Part shown: positions 8,383 to 17,589 of the stretch, piece after piece | Layout: each line of letters starts with the position of its first letter | Numbering within the stretch: position 1 is the first letter of the stretch | NCBI GenBank assembly: GCA_018675635.1 | Contig: JABGXU010000008.1 | Span: 76,107-140,106 of the forward strand | Length of the DNA: 64,000 bases | Origin: Gammaproteobacteria bacterium | Lineage (GTDB): Bacteria > Pseudomonadota > Gammaproteobacteria > Poriferisulfidales > GCA-002705445 | Direction of reading: 5' to 3' | Notes under the pieces: generated by a model | Database searches by the model: none | What the model was told of the DNA's origin: nothing | The model's input: the letters and a program-made list of their open reading frames with translations, nothing else | Made by a program: the position numbers and the translations under genes

Positions 8383-8809
8383 AATCTTTTAGCATTTTTT
8401 CAACAGTAAGGCTGTGTATCTCTTCATTTTTTATCATTTCTTTCGCGTATTCCTCTAAATATATACTTTTACCTTCAACTTCACCTAATAAATCTTTATA
8501 TAAGGAAACAGCTTTTCTCTCATGATGTAAACTCTCAGTCAATAAAGCACTAATTGAATGTTGATTAGACTCTTCAATAATTGAAATATCTTGAGTAGGG
8601 TGGCCACCCAGACTTGTTAATAATTCTCCAGCACTTTGAGCATGTAAAAGAGATTCTGATGATTGTCCTTTAAAATAATTTATTAAGCTTTCTCTATAAG
8701 GGCCAACAACCATTAAAGATGAATGTGTGTATCTAACAACACCAGATAACTCATATTTCATGATTTCATTAAGTATATTTATGACTTGGCTTCTATCTAC
8801 ATTCTCCAT
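8375..8809 (-). CDS. ferritin-like / bacterioferritin-family di-iron protein
   Basis: Four-helix pattern with E..(ESLLH)..(HHERKA)..(EEIH) ligands matching Bfr E18/E51/H54/E94/E127/H130. Leu replaces the Bfr heme ligand Met52. Overlaps the trpS start by 8 nt. Confidence 0.7.
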   Translation of the reverse strand: MENVDRSQVINILNEIMKYELSGVVRYTHSSLMVVGPYRESLINYFKGQSSESLLHAQSAGELLTSLGGHPTQDISIIEESNQHSISALLTESLHHERKAVSLYKDLLGEVEGKSIYLEEYAKEMIKNEEIHSLTVEKMLKDYE

Positions 8810-8887
8810 AAATTCACCTCAATTAATGATTAATTTGAATTGTAAAACAATTTATTGTACCAAATTTATTTAATCAAATTTACTATT

Positions 8888-9190
8888 TTATTTATTTTTA
8901 AAAATAATTCTTACTCTTTGTACCGTTTTTTTTTGCATGGCCATAAAATAAGAAGACTGGCCAAATAAAGTTCCGAATAAGACTAACAATATCTGATAGA
9001 GTGGCAATAGGACTAAAATTCTACCAACCCAGTAAAAAAAGGAATTATAATTATTCTGATTGATCAAAAAAATATCTAAAATATAATCTGCGAAATACAA
9101 AGAAGTTGCACCCGTTATCGCAAAAACAATGTTTACTATAAGTAATTGATAATTTGATTCTACTTTAAAAAAATTTCTAATTTTTTTCAT
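8888..9190 (-). CDS. small integral membrane protein, unknown function
   Basis: 100 aa with two or three hydrophobic helices. No motif recognised. Confidence 0.5.
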   Translation of the reverse strand: MKKIRNFFKVESNYQLLIVNIVFAITGATSLYFADYILDIFLINQNNYNSFFYWVGRILVLLPLYQILLVLFGTLFGQSSYFMAMQKKTVQRVRIIFKNK

Positions 9191-9200
9191 TTTAATTATT

Positions 9201-9863
9201 TTAGATAATTTCGTAATGTCCTAGTTTAACAAGTCTTGACTTAAAACGGTCTTTTATTTCATCAGATAAATATGACATTTTTAAAGCTTTTTTCATAGCA
9301 CTAACATTATTAAGATCTTTGAAAGCTAACTGTGATATTTCATAAACAGTCATTGAATTATCTTCTCTATAAATTAATTTTAAATTATCTCCTTTTTTTA
9401 TCTCACCACTATTTAATACTTTCATATACATACCAACGTGACTGTAATCTATAAAATATTTTACAAATTCCTTATTGCCCATCTTTATGCCCAACTTAAA
9501 ACATGGAATTCTTGGTTGTGTAATTTTTACTATTAAATTAGATATCTCAAACTCATCTCCAATAAAATATTCCTTTTCACTAAAATCATCTATTGTTAAA
9601 TTTTCACCAATTAAACCAAAATCATTGATAAAATCTTTATTTAATAACTTACCCCAATAATTGTAATGCGCATATGAATAAGCATATATAGATTTATTAA
9701 TCCCACCATGTGCATTTAAATCAGCTTGGCCATCTCCTTCTATGCCCATTTTATTAACTTTTACATGGTTATTAACAGGCTCTTTATAAATGCTCGTCAA
9801 TAATTCTTTGTTATTAAAAATTATTTTTCTTGGTAAGGAAATATTAATTGATAATATTTTCAT
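9201..9863 (-). CDS. MOSC-domain protein (YiiM-like)
   Basis: GDGQADLNAHGG, GENLT, ITQPRIPCFKLG (conserved Cys of MOSC). 220 aa with a C-terminal helical extension. Confidence 0.8.
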   Translation of the reverse strand: MKILSINISLPRKIIFNNKELLTSIYKEPVNNHVKVNKMGIEGDGQADLNAHGGINKSIYAYSYAHYNYWGKLLNKDFINDFGLIGENLTIDDFSEKEYFIGDEFEISNLIVKITQPRIPCFKLGIKMGNKEFVKYFIDYSHVGMYMKVLNSGEIKKGDNLKLIYREDNSMTVYEISQLAFKDLNNVSAMKKALKMSYLSDEIKDRFKSRLVKLGHYEII

Positions 9864-9964
9864 CTAAATAATTTATTTTTTGTATTGATTAATTTCAGTT
9901 CTACATATTGAACAAAATTATTAAAATATACTTTTGTTTTCATTACTTTATTTTAATCGATTTA

Positions 9965-11455
9965 TTATTCATCTTTCCATCCAACTTTACTTAGAAAATC
10001 CTCGTATGTTCCTTCAAATACTGACACTTTATCATCGTCAAAAATTATTAGTTTATTTGCTATTTCTTTTAAGAAATATTCATCATGTGTAACCATCATT
10101 ACAGCACCATCAAACGCTTTTATTGCCTCTAATAGAGACTCGCACGAATCTAGATCTAAGTGATTTGTTGGCTCATCTAACATTAGCAAATTTGCTGGTT
10201 TTAGCAATATTTTACCTAACATCACTCTGCTTTTTTCTCCACCTGAAAGAACTTTTATATGTTTACTCGACAGCCTACTTGAGAACATCATGTTGCCGCA
10301 TACCTGCCTAACTTTTGTTTCTTCCATTTCCGGAACGTAACTTTGTATTTCCTGGTAAACGCTATTATTTGGGTCTAGTCTATCAATATTCATTTGACCA
10401 AAATAACCAAACTGTGTTTTTTGATGTAAATTCACATCGCCAGATTTTGGTAATAAATCTTTTGTTACTAGCTTTAGTAAGGTTGATTTACCTGTACCGT
10501 TTTTTCCAATCACGCATATTTTATCTGTTTTCTTAATACTATAAGAAACATCTTTTATAAGATAATTTTCTTCGTTGTAGTAAAAATTAAGCTTTTTAAT
10601 ATTTAAAAGGTTTTCTTTACTTGTATATGGTAGATAGTTAAATTTAAAATCTAGGTTAACAATGGCTGCTAATTTTTCTTTTTTACCATTTTTTTCTAAC
10701 ATTTTAACTTTTGACTGAGCTCTACTAGCCATACTTGCTTTTGAACCGAATCTTTTTATCCACTCTTCAGTTTTTTCTCTTTTTTTACTCTCATTCAGTA
10801 CTGTTTTGTTATATATCTCCTCTTCTTCTAAAATTTTTTCCATTACATTTTCAGTATTGCCTGATGTTTTTTTAAAAATTCCTCGATGTATATTTAGTGT
10901 ATGGCTAATAACACTATTCATAAAATTTCTATCATGAGTTATTAGTATTAATTCTTGACGCCAGTCATTTAAAAATTTTTTTAGCCACCTTATAGAATGT
11001 ATATCTAAATAGTTGGTGGGCTCATCTAGTAGGAGCATATTTGGTTCATCGAGTAATAATTTAGCTAGATTTATTTTTACTTGATACCCACCAGAAAAAT
11101 CCTTTGGGTCCTTCATCATCTCATCATACGAGAAACCAAGTCCTGTTAGTATGGACTCGCCTTTCCATCCTTCATATTCTCTATCGCCAGTTAGTATGCT
11201 TGTTACTTCATCAAGCACAGTATCATGTGTAAACTTTATGTGTTGCTCAAGATGCCCTATCTTATAGCCTTTTGGAATTATTATTTCTCCACTATCTGGT
11301 TCAAGCTGACCTAATATTAATTTTAAAAATGTACTTTTACCGGAACCATTTCTTCCAATAAACCCAACTTTTTCTTTCTTATTAATTACAACATCAACAT
11401 CTTTAAAAATATGCTGGCCGGTAAATGATATTTCTAAACCTTGTGTTTTGATCAT
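9965..11455 (-). CDS. ABC-F family ATPase (two ABC cassettes, no membrane domain)
   Basis: Two Walker A motifs (GRNGSGKST, GKNGTGKST), two signature motifs (FSGGYQ, LSGGEK), a charged linker between the cassettes. Confidence 0.88.
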   Translation of the reverse strand: MIKTQGLEISFTGQHIFKDVDVVINKKEKVGFIGRNGSGKSTFLKLILGQLEPDSGEIIIPKGYKIGHLEQHIKFTHDTVLDEVTSILTGDREYEGWKGESILTGLGFSYDEMMKDPKDFSGGYQVKINLAKLLLDEPNMLLLDEPTNYLDIHSIRWLKKFLNDWRQELILITHDRNFMNSVISHTLNIHRGIFKKTSGNTENVMEKILEEEEIYNKTVLNESKKREKTEEWIKRFGSKASMASRAQSKVKMLEKNGKKEKLAAIVNLDFKFNYLPYTSKENLLNIKKLNFYYNEENYLIKDVSYSIKKTDKICVIGKNGTGKSTLLKLVTKDLLPKSGDVNLHQKTQFGYFGQMNIDRLDPNNSVYQEIQSYVPEMEETKVRQVCGNMMFSSRLSSKHIKVLSGGEKSRVMLGKILLKPANLLMLDEPTNHLDLDSCESLLEAIKAFDGAVMMVTHDEYFLKEIANKLIIFDDDKVSVFEGTYEDFLSKVGWKDE

Positions 11456-11608
11456 AAAGTTTTATTCTATAGATTTTTTGAATTTGTCATTCTAATTCAA
11501 TATGATATAAAATCAAATTATAATTTCTTAAATTATATTAAAGATTGGAAATATTTTAGATTGTTCTTTAAATAAGACTAGATTTTTCTTTCAAAGAATA
11601 AAATGAAT

Positions 11609-12034
11609 TTATCTTTTGTTACCATTAATTAGGAAGAATAATGCTAAAGCAAATAAAAATATTTGCTCGCTCTTAAATAATTTTGCATTTATAAACCAAT
11701 CAGAGTGTGCAAAATAAAATGCACCTATCATAATTATTGTTATGCCTAATGCAGACACTCTTGTAATTATATTCCCTATATTGCCTTTTAATATGCCGCC
11801 TAGTAATATGCCTGCTCCTGCTCCTATCTCGCCTAATGCCACTAAATTTGCCATTAATTCAGGTGCAACCATACCTATTCTTTCAAACAATGCCATGAGT
11901 TTAGTTGGAGGTAATGGCAATTTGCCCCACCCATGTAAGAAGAAAGATACCCCAAGAGTAAATCTTACAATCCATAATGAGAATGGTGCTAATGGGCTAA
12001 AAACTGTTTCAAATAATTTATTAATACTATTCAT
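11609..12034 (-). CDS. DoxX-family membrane protein
   Basis: 141 aa, 4 TM, RFTLGVSFFLHGWGKL typical of DoxX. Confidence 0.7.
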   Translation of the reverse strand: MNSINKLFETVFSPLAPFSLWIVRFTLGVSFFLHGWGKLPLPPTKLMALFERIGMVAPELMANLVALGEIGAGAGILLGGILKGNIGNIITRVSALGITIIMIGAFYFAHSDWFINAKLFKSEQIFLFALALFFLINGNKR

Positions 12035-12101
12035 TATAATTTTTTATTTAAATATTGTAAATATGATATCAGAGTATCGTTATTTTTTGTATTTACTAAA
12101 T

Positions 12102-12132
12102 AAAAAAAGGCCGAGATATAACACTCTCGGCC
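12102..12132 (-). terminator. Rho-independent terminator after the 12166..12669 gene
   Basis: 8-bp GC-rich stem GGCCGAGA/TCTCGGCC (12109-12116 / 12125-12132) with an 8-nt loop. The A7 run on the plus strand is a U-run on the minus-strand transcript. Confidence 0.75.
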
Positions 12133-12165
12133 TAGATTTACTTTCGAAATAAATAAATTTCTAGT

Positions 12166-12669
12166 TTAGCTTGCAGCTGCTGCAACTTTACCAGATATCA
12201 TTCCAAATATTGCTCCGATTACTAATGATAACGATACTGTTACTACAGGGTTTTGCATAAGCGCCATAGATGAAACCATTGGAGCTGCAGATGCATGTAT
12301 AACATAACCTGCGCACGCAGCGTAACCAGTAACCGCAGTTGGTGCACATGCAAAGCAACTTACTTGTGTTCCCATCATTAAACCAAAAACTGTTATTGCG
12401 ATCCATATAGGGCCACTTAATGCTCCGCCTATTGGCATTGCACTGCTAAGTGCAAAGAAAAGACCAGCTACTACAGCACCATAGATACCTGCTGTGCAAG
12501 TCATTTTTAAAGAATCGTTATCTCCACCATTTTTAAAGAACATTGCCCATCCTATAAACCCTACCCAGAGACTATAGCCTAAAGGAGCAAGCACATTTCC
12601 AGCTAAAAACACTGATATTCCGCCAAGAACACCAACGCTTAAAGATAATGTCATATGTTGTTTATTCAT
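12166..12669 (-). CDS. Ala/Gly/Cys-rich inner membrane protein, possibly DUF1097 (YcdZ-like)
   Basis: 167 aa, about 4-5 TM. The overall pattern resembles DUF1097 from memory only. Confidence 0.45.
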   Translation of the reverse strand: MNKQHMTLSLSVGVLGGISVFLAGNVLAPLGYSLWVGFIGWAMFFKNGGDNDSLKMTCTAGIYGAVVAGLFFALSSAMPIGGALSGPIWIAITVFGLMMGTQVSCFACAPTAVTGYAACAGYVIHASAAPMVSSMALMQNPVVTVSLSLVIGAIFGMISGKVAAAAS

Positions 12670-12891
12670 AATTTTCCTCGATTTTCTTTATTAATAAAGT
12701 TAGTTAACATCTACATTGTATATATATCGTTCTTGTCATAAACTAAGAAATTTTTATGGAGGATATAAATTAATATAATAAGTTATCGTTATATTGCTAC
12801 AAACAAGCCGTATTGCGAATGCTTCTTACTCTATAATTAATATTAGTTTTTATTTAAGATAATACTAATTTGCATGGTAGAAGCAAAAGCT

Positions 12892-15714
12892 TTAGCCAGT
12901 ATTTCTTAATCCTGCCGCAATTGCGTGAATAGTTCTTAGAAGCGGGTCAAATATTTCCTCGTCATGCGAAATAGATGGATTTCTATGTTTTCTTAACAAC
13001 ATAACCTGAATATAGTTAAGTGGATCCATATAAGGTTTTCTTCTGTATAGTGATAAGGCTAATTTTTTATTATCAGATAATAATCTTTTTGAATCTATTA
13101 TTTCCAGCATTAAATCTTCTGTTAACTTATATTCATTTTCTATTTTTTTAATTATTTTATCAGCACTTTTTTGATCGTTAGCTAAAGAAGCATAATTTTT
13201 AGCTATAGATAAATCTGCTTTGGCAATTGCCATGCCAATATTATCTATTAGCATATGAAAAAATGGCCAATTCTTATACATATTTTGAAGAATTTCAATG
13301 CCACTTTCATCATGAATTTTCTTCATAGCTGTTCCCAAACCATACCAAGCAGGTAATGTGTGACGCGATAATGACCACCCAAAAACCCAAGGAATAGCTC
13401 TAATAGAGTATTTTGACCTTTCTCCCTTTAATCTATGCGTAGGTCTAGAACCAATATTTAGTTCACCTAATTCCTGCACTGGGGTTGCTTCATAAAAATA
13501 ATCTAATAAACCAGGAGTTTTATCAGTTAACTCTCTATATTTATCTTCTCCTTTTAAAGTTATTATCTTCATAATTTTTTCATACGGTATTAATTCTGAT
13601 TTTTGATCTACAACAATATGCTGGCTAGCTTTTATTAAACCACCAATTGCCATTTCTAATTCATAGCAAGCTGTTTCATACTGAGCATATTTGTAGGATA
13701 AAACTTCTCCTTGCTCTGTAATCTTAATTTTTCCATTTACGGTTTTAGGTGGTTGAGCAAGAATCGCGTTATGAGTTGGCCCACCGCCACGCCCCACTGT
13801 GCCGCCTCTGCCATGAAATATCTTGCACTCAATTTTGTATTTATTAGATATATCAATTATTTCTTTTTGCGCTATATACAAACCATAAGATGAAGCCAAA
13901 ATCCCTCCATCCTTGCAAGAATCAGAATACCCTAACATCACCTCTTGTAAATTATCTTGATGGCATTGTAAAAATTTTATATAAACTGAATTTGAAAAAA
14001 GAGATTCTAAAATATTTTTTATTCTAGCTAAATCATCAATTGTTTCAAATAAAGGCGTTATTAATATGTTGCAAAATAATTCACCATTATCCTTTTTCCC
14101 AACAAGACCAACCATTTTTGCTATTAACATTACTTCAAGAACATGGCTTGCATCGTGGGTCATAGAAATTATGTAGTGCCCAAATGCTTCTGGACTAATC
14201 TGCTCTCTCAATAAAATCATAGTCTTAAATACATCAACTGTTTGTTTTAATTCATCGGGAAGAGAATCATAGTTATTAGAAAAATTGTCTTTCCCAGAAA
14301 GCATGCTTGTTAATAAAGAAACTCTTTCTGGCTCTCTTAATTCATCATAATTCTTATTTTTTATTATTTTTACTAACTGGCTAACTACTTTAGTATGTCT
14401 CGTAGATTCTTCTCTTATGTCCAAATTAACCAAGTAAAATCCAAATGTTTCAACTAGCCTAATAAAATCATCTAATCCAAATTCTAATAAAATACTGTCT
14501 CCGTCTTGGTTTAAAGAATCTCTTATTACATACAAATCATTTAAAAGTTCTTTTTCACATAAATATATGTTTTGTCTTTTGCTATTTATTTGCCCGTCTT
14601 GGAGTTCATCTATTCTCTGTAAAGATTCATTTAGGCGATAACTAATAATTTTAAATTTACGACGATATGGTTCTTTTGAAAATTGATTGCTTTTCTTATA
14701 AAAAGCTTCTTCAAGAAATTTATTATCCCCTTCCAAAGACTGTAAAAATTCATTTGAAGGATTTGTCAGTTGATCTGAATGCGTCATGAATAAAGATAGT
14801 TTTTGAGCTCTTTTTATATATTCTTTAAAAGCTGTTTTTGCATGCATATAAACCGCTTTCTGAGTAATTTCAGGAGTAACAAAAGGATTCCCATCTCTAT
14901 CACCCCCGATCCATGAACCAAATTTAAGGAAACTAGGAACTTTTATCGAATGTATGCTTAGAGAATCACAGTAAATTCTTTTTGTAGCATTTTCTAAATC
15001 CCTATACATTTGTGGGACTGCTTTAAAAAGTGATGTATTAAAATAATACAGACCATTTCTTACTTCATCTTCTACAGTTGGTTTTTTCATGCGAACTTCA
15101 TCTGTTTTCCAAAGTATTAAAATTTGCGCCTCAAGTTTTTTTATTATTTCTTCCCTTCGAATCGATTGCCCATGATATGTATGAAGCTCTAAAATAGTAG
15201 CAAAAATTCTGCGTGTTGCTTCCATTTTACTTCTTCGCATAGCTTCTGTTGGATGAGCTGTGAATACTGGAATATATTGAAGACTATTAAAGAGTTTTTG
15301 CAAATCATTTGTAGTAATGCCATGTAATTTACAATCTTTTAAAATGTGATCAAATGAACCTTCCCACAATGTGGAGCCTGCTTTCCCAGATTTTATTAGA
15401 CCTTCTCGGTAAATATGTTGATAAGCTTCCTCTGCGACATTTACCAATGCAAAATATTTGGAAAAAGATCTAACTACATTTTTTAGAGTTACCGGGTCTA
15501 ATTTTTCAATATTCTTAATTAAGTGATCATGTTTTTTCTGATCTGGGTTTTCTTGAAGATTTATAAATCCCTTTCTAAGTTTTTCAACAACAACATAAAC
15601 TTCCTTGCTTGCGTGAGATTTAATAGTATTGCCAAGAAGCTTACCTAAAAGCTTCACGCAAGACCTTAATTGCGTATCAGTGATCGCATCGTAATTTTTT
15701 AGATAATCGCTCAT
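12892..15714 (-). CDS. ppc: phosphoenolpyruvate carboxylase
   Basis: 940 aa. VFTAHPTE, GYSDSCKDGG, FHGRGGTVGRGGGP, C-terminal ..GLRNTG. Confidence 0.97.
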   Translation of the reverse strand: MSDYLKNYDAITDTQLRSCVKLLGKLLGNTIKSHASKEVYVVVEKLRKGFINLQENPDQKKHDHLIKNIEKLDPVTLKNVVRSFSKYFALVNVAEEAYQHIYREGLIKSGKAGSTLWEGSFDHILKDCKLHGITTNDLQKLFNSLQYIPVFTAHPTEAMRRSKMEATRRIFATILELHTYHGQSIRREEIIKKLEAQILILWKTDEVRMKKPTVEDEVRNGLYYFNTSLFKAVPQMYRDLENATKRIYCDSLSIHSIKVPSFLKFGSWIGGDRDGNPFVTPEITQKAVYMHAKTAFKEYIKRAQKLSLFMTHSDQLTNPSNEFLQSLEGDNKFLEEAFYKKSNQFSKEPYRRKFKIISYRLNESLQRIDELQDGQINSKRQNIYLCEKELLNDLYVIRDSLNQDGDSILLEFGLDDFIRLVETFGFYLVNLDIREESTRHTKVVSQLVKIIKNKNYDELREPERVSLLTSMLSGKDNFSNNYDSLPDELKQTVDVFKTMILLREQISPEAFGHYIISMTHDASHVLEVMLIAKMVGLVGKKDNGELFCNILITPLFETIDDLARIKNILESLFSNSVYIKFLQCHQDNLQEVMLGYSDSCKDGGILASSYGLYIAQKEIIDISNKYKIECKIFHGRGGTVGRGGGPTHNAILAQPPKTVNGKIKITEQGEVLSYKYAQYETACYELEMAIGGLIKASQHIVVDQKSELIPYEKIMKIITLKGEDKYRELTDKTPGLLDYFYEATPVQELGELNIGSRPTHRLKGERSKYSIRAIPWVFGWSLSRHTLPAWYGLGTAMKKIHDESGIEILQNMYKNWPFFHMLIDNIGMAIAKADLSIAKNYASLANDQKSADKIIKKIENEYKLTEDLMLEIIDSKRLLSDNKKLALSLYRRKPYMDPLNYIQVMLLRKHRNPSISHDEEIFDPLLRTIHAIAAGLRNTG

Positions 15715-15972
15715 GAATTTTTCTTTGATTTACTTCGTTTTATATATACCAAATAATATCATATTTAAAAGTATTCATCAGTATTTGATTTATATAATTT
15801 TCTAAGTAATTGATATTTATATAAAAAAATAGAAGTCCATAAGTTTTTCTTTTTACTAAAATAAATAAATTATATATCTTTAATTTTTACATAAGTTCTT
15901 AATAATTTTATTAAATAGTGAATATATTTGATATTTTTATATTTTGGCCGATACTAAAGTTATATATAGTTA

Positions 15973-16335
15973 GTGGGGGTTAATTTGTCTAATATAAATA
16001 TAAATATAAATGGCCAAGCAATAAAAACTAACGAACAGGGATTTTTATTGCATTTAGATGACTGGTCAGAGGAATATGCTGAGGAAATTGCTCGTATTGA
16101 CAACATATATCTGTTTACAGACCATTGGGAATTGATTTATTACTTCAGGGAGTATTATAAACAGAATTTAGAGTGCCCTACAATGCATCAAATGCTCAAG
16201 GAGCTTACTCCAAATATCAAAAAATTTCATAATAAAAAAGTTTACGAGCATCATATATATAATTTATTCGACACTGATCCTATCCATGAAATTTGTAAAT
16301 TATCTGGGCTACCAATGCCGCAGCCTGATACATAA
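15973..16335 (+). CDS. DsrC/TusE-family protein lacking the terminal catalytic Cys
   Basis: ..GFLLHLDDWSEE.., HWELIYYFREYY, C-terminal arm ICKLSGLPMPQPDT versus DsrC ..CRIAGLPKPxGCV and TusE ..KIAGLPKPVKCI. The track start is GTG. TTG at 15985, with GGGGG 5-9 nt upstream, is the more likely start. Confidence 0.75.
   Translation: MGVNLSNINININGQAIKTNEQGFLLHLDDWSEEYAEEIARIDNIYLFTDHWELIYYFREYYKQNLECPTMHQMLKELTPNIKKFHNKKVYEHHIYNLFDTDPIHEICKLSGLPMPQPDT
15991..16011 (+). repeat. (AATATA)3.5 hexanucleotide repeat inside the 5' end of the DsrC-like ORF (encodes NINININ)
   Basis: Read directly: aatataaatataaatataaat. Confidence 0.9.
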
Positions 16336-16355
16336 TATTTACAGGCAGTTACTTA

Positions 16356-16556
16356 ATGAGTCAATCTTCCATTATTTTTAGCACTATTTTCTTCCCACTC
16401 TTTGCATATTTTATTTTTTTAAATGTAAGACACAATTATTTAAGCAAAGGAGAAGCATTTGAGATAAAAGCTACGCCAATTTACTATATCCTTATTATAG
16501 TTTCTTGCATCTGGTTCACATATGTTCTGCTTGTTGGCTTAGATCCACATTTTTAA
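16356..16556 (+). CDS. small two-helix membrane protein, unknown function
   Basis: 66 aa with two hydrophobic segments, 20 nt downstream of the DsrC-like ORF. No motif or clear SD. Confidence 0.4.
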   Translation: MSQSSIIFSTIFFPLFAYFIFLNVRHNYLSKGEAFEIKATPIYYILIIVSCIWFTYVLLVGLDPHF

Positions 16557-17215
16557 ACTTTTTGATAATTTTTTTGTACACTCTGTATTGCTTTTATTGC
16601 CTTAAATTTACTCAGTTGAACTCGCCAAGCAATAATTAGGAAAATTACCATTAAAAATATATTGGTATTGCCTACTAAAAAATTGTAAGTGCTGTGTAGT
16701 AGAGCAGGGTACAAGAAACACAAAAACAAATTATGATTACTTTTTTCAATAAAACTATAATTTATAAATAATAATCCCATAGTTAAACCAAATAATGCGT
16801 GCGCTGGCACAGCTGTAAAACCGCGCATTAATGCAATGAACATGGCTTCTGAAGGTAAAGAATGAACATAAACATACGAAAGATTCTCAAGCGTTGCAAA
16901 ACCTAAAGAAATACAAACTGCATAAACTATTGCATCCATAGGCTCATCATATTCTCCGTTAACACAAACAAATTTATAAAATACTAAAAATTTTAAACCC
17001 TCTTCAACAATTGGGACGACAGTAAATGCCGCAATGTTCCAACCTAAAATACTAGCTACAAATTGATTACCATAAACTGCAGGGAAACAAATTAAAACGC
17101 CGTAAAAAGTAATTTTTAAAACTGTTCCAATCGGCTCTCTATATTTATCAGAAGTAAAAAAATAATATATTAATAATATTGAAGGGGCTACGGTAGTAAG
17201 AAATAAATAAGACAT
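16553..17215 (-). CDS. prsW: PrsW-family intramembrane glutamic/metallo-protease
   Basis: Polytopic. Motifs EEGLKF, GFATLEN, TAVPAHALFG and HSTYN, characteristic of PrsW/CPBP-like proteases. Confidence 0.75.
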   Translation of the reverse strand: MSYLFLTTVAPSILLIYYFFTSDKYREPIGTVLKITFYGVLICFPAVYGNQFVASILGWNIAAFTVVPIVEEGLKFLVFYKFVCVNGEYDEPMDAIVYAVCISLGFATLENLSYVYVHSLPSEAMFIALMRGFTAVPAHALFGLTMGLLFINYSFIEKSNHNLFLCFLYPALLHSTYNFLVGNTNIFLMVIFLIIAWRVQLSKFKAIKAIQSVQKNYQKV

Positions 17216-17298
17216 AAATAAACCTTTTTTTTATGTGCTCTAAGTATCGACACATTTAAAAAAATAGCAATATTATTAATATATAATAAAATTATAAA

Positions 17299-17589
17299 TT
17301 AATTATTATCATCATCTTTTATAAACGCCTTTGTTTTGCCATCACTTAAACTTTGCAAGAATTGTATTGCTTCTTCACCTGTCATATATTTGAATTCATC
17401 ATAATTTTTTGGTGTTTTAACAATCTGAATTTTTAATTCCTCAAAAGAGTCTCTAATATACTGTTGATCTACAGAACTAAATTCTTTAGTTATTTCATCA
17501 AACTCTGAAATTAGCACATAACCATTTTCCTTGCCTTTTCTAACGAGGGTTTTGATCTCAATTTTCTTCTCTGTTTTTATTTCACTCAT
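17299..17589 (-). CDS. 96-aa acidic protein with an N-terminal sigma-70 region-1.1-like domain
   Basis: IKTLVRKGKENGYVLISEFDEI...VDQQYIRDSFEELKIQIV versus E. coli RpoD LKLLVTRGKEQGYLTYAEVNDH...SDQIEDIIQMINDMGIQVM. The ATG overlaps the HIT stop (ATGA). Confidence 0.55.
   Translation of the reverse strand: MSEIKTEKKIEIKTLVRKGKENGYVLISEFDEITKEFSSVDQQYIRDSFEELKIQIVKTPKNYDEFKYMTGEEAIQFLQSLSDGKTKAFIKDDDNN

Noticed and set aside
11742-12152. 136-aa plus-strand ORF overlapping the DoxX gene and running through the terminator hairpin.
   Set aside because: It is antisense to a well-formed DoxX membrane protein. The product is Pro/Asn/Ile-rich with no features, and the ORF crosses a minus-strand intrinsic terminator. 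Judged spurious.
12166-12669. Locally G+C-richer gene, considered as a possible horizontally acquired insert.
   Set aside because: The enrichment is explained by the Ala/Gly/Cys/Val-rich membrane-protein composition (GCN, GGN codons). No flanking repeats, tRNA or integrase, and a normal native-looking terminator.
15991-16011. (AATATA)3.5 repeat, considered as a slipped-strand phase-variation switch for the DsrC-like gene.
   Set aside because: The unit is 6 nt, so copy-number change keeps the reading frame and only adds or removes Asn-Ile. It cannot switch the gene on or off. Kept only as a repeat feature.
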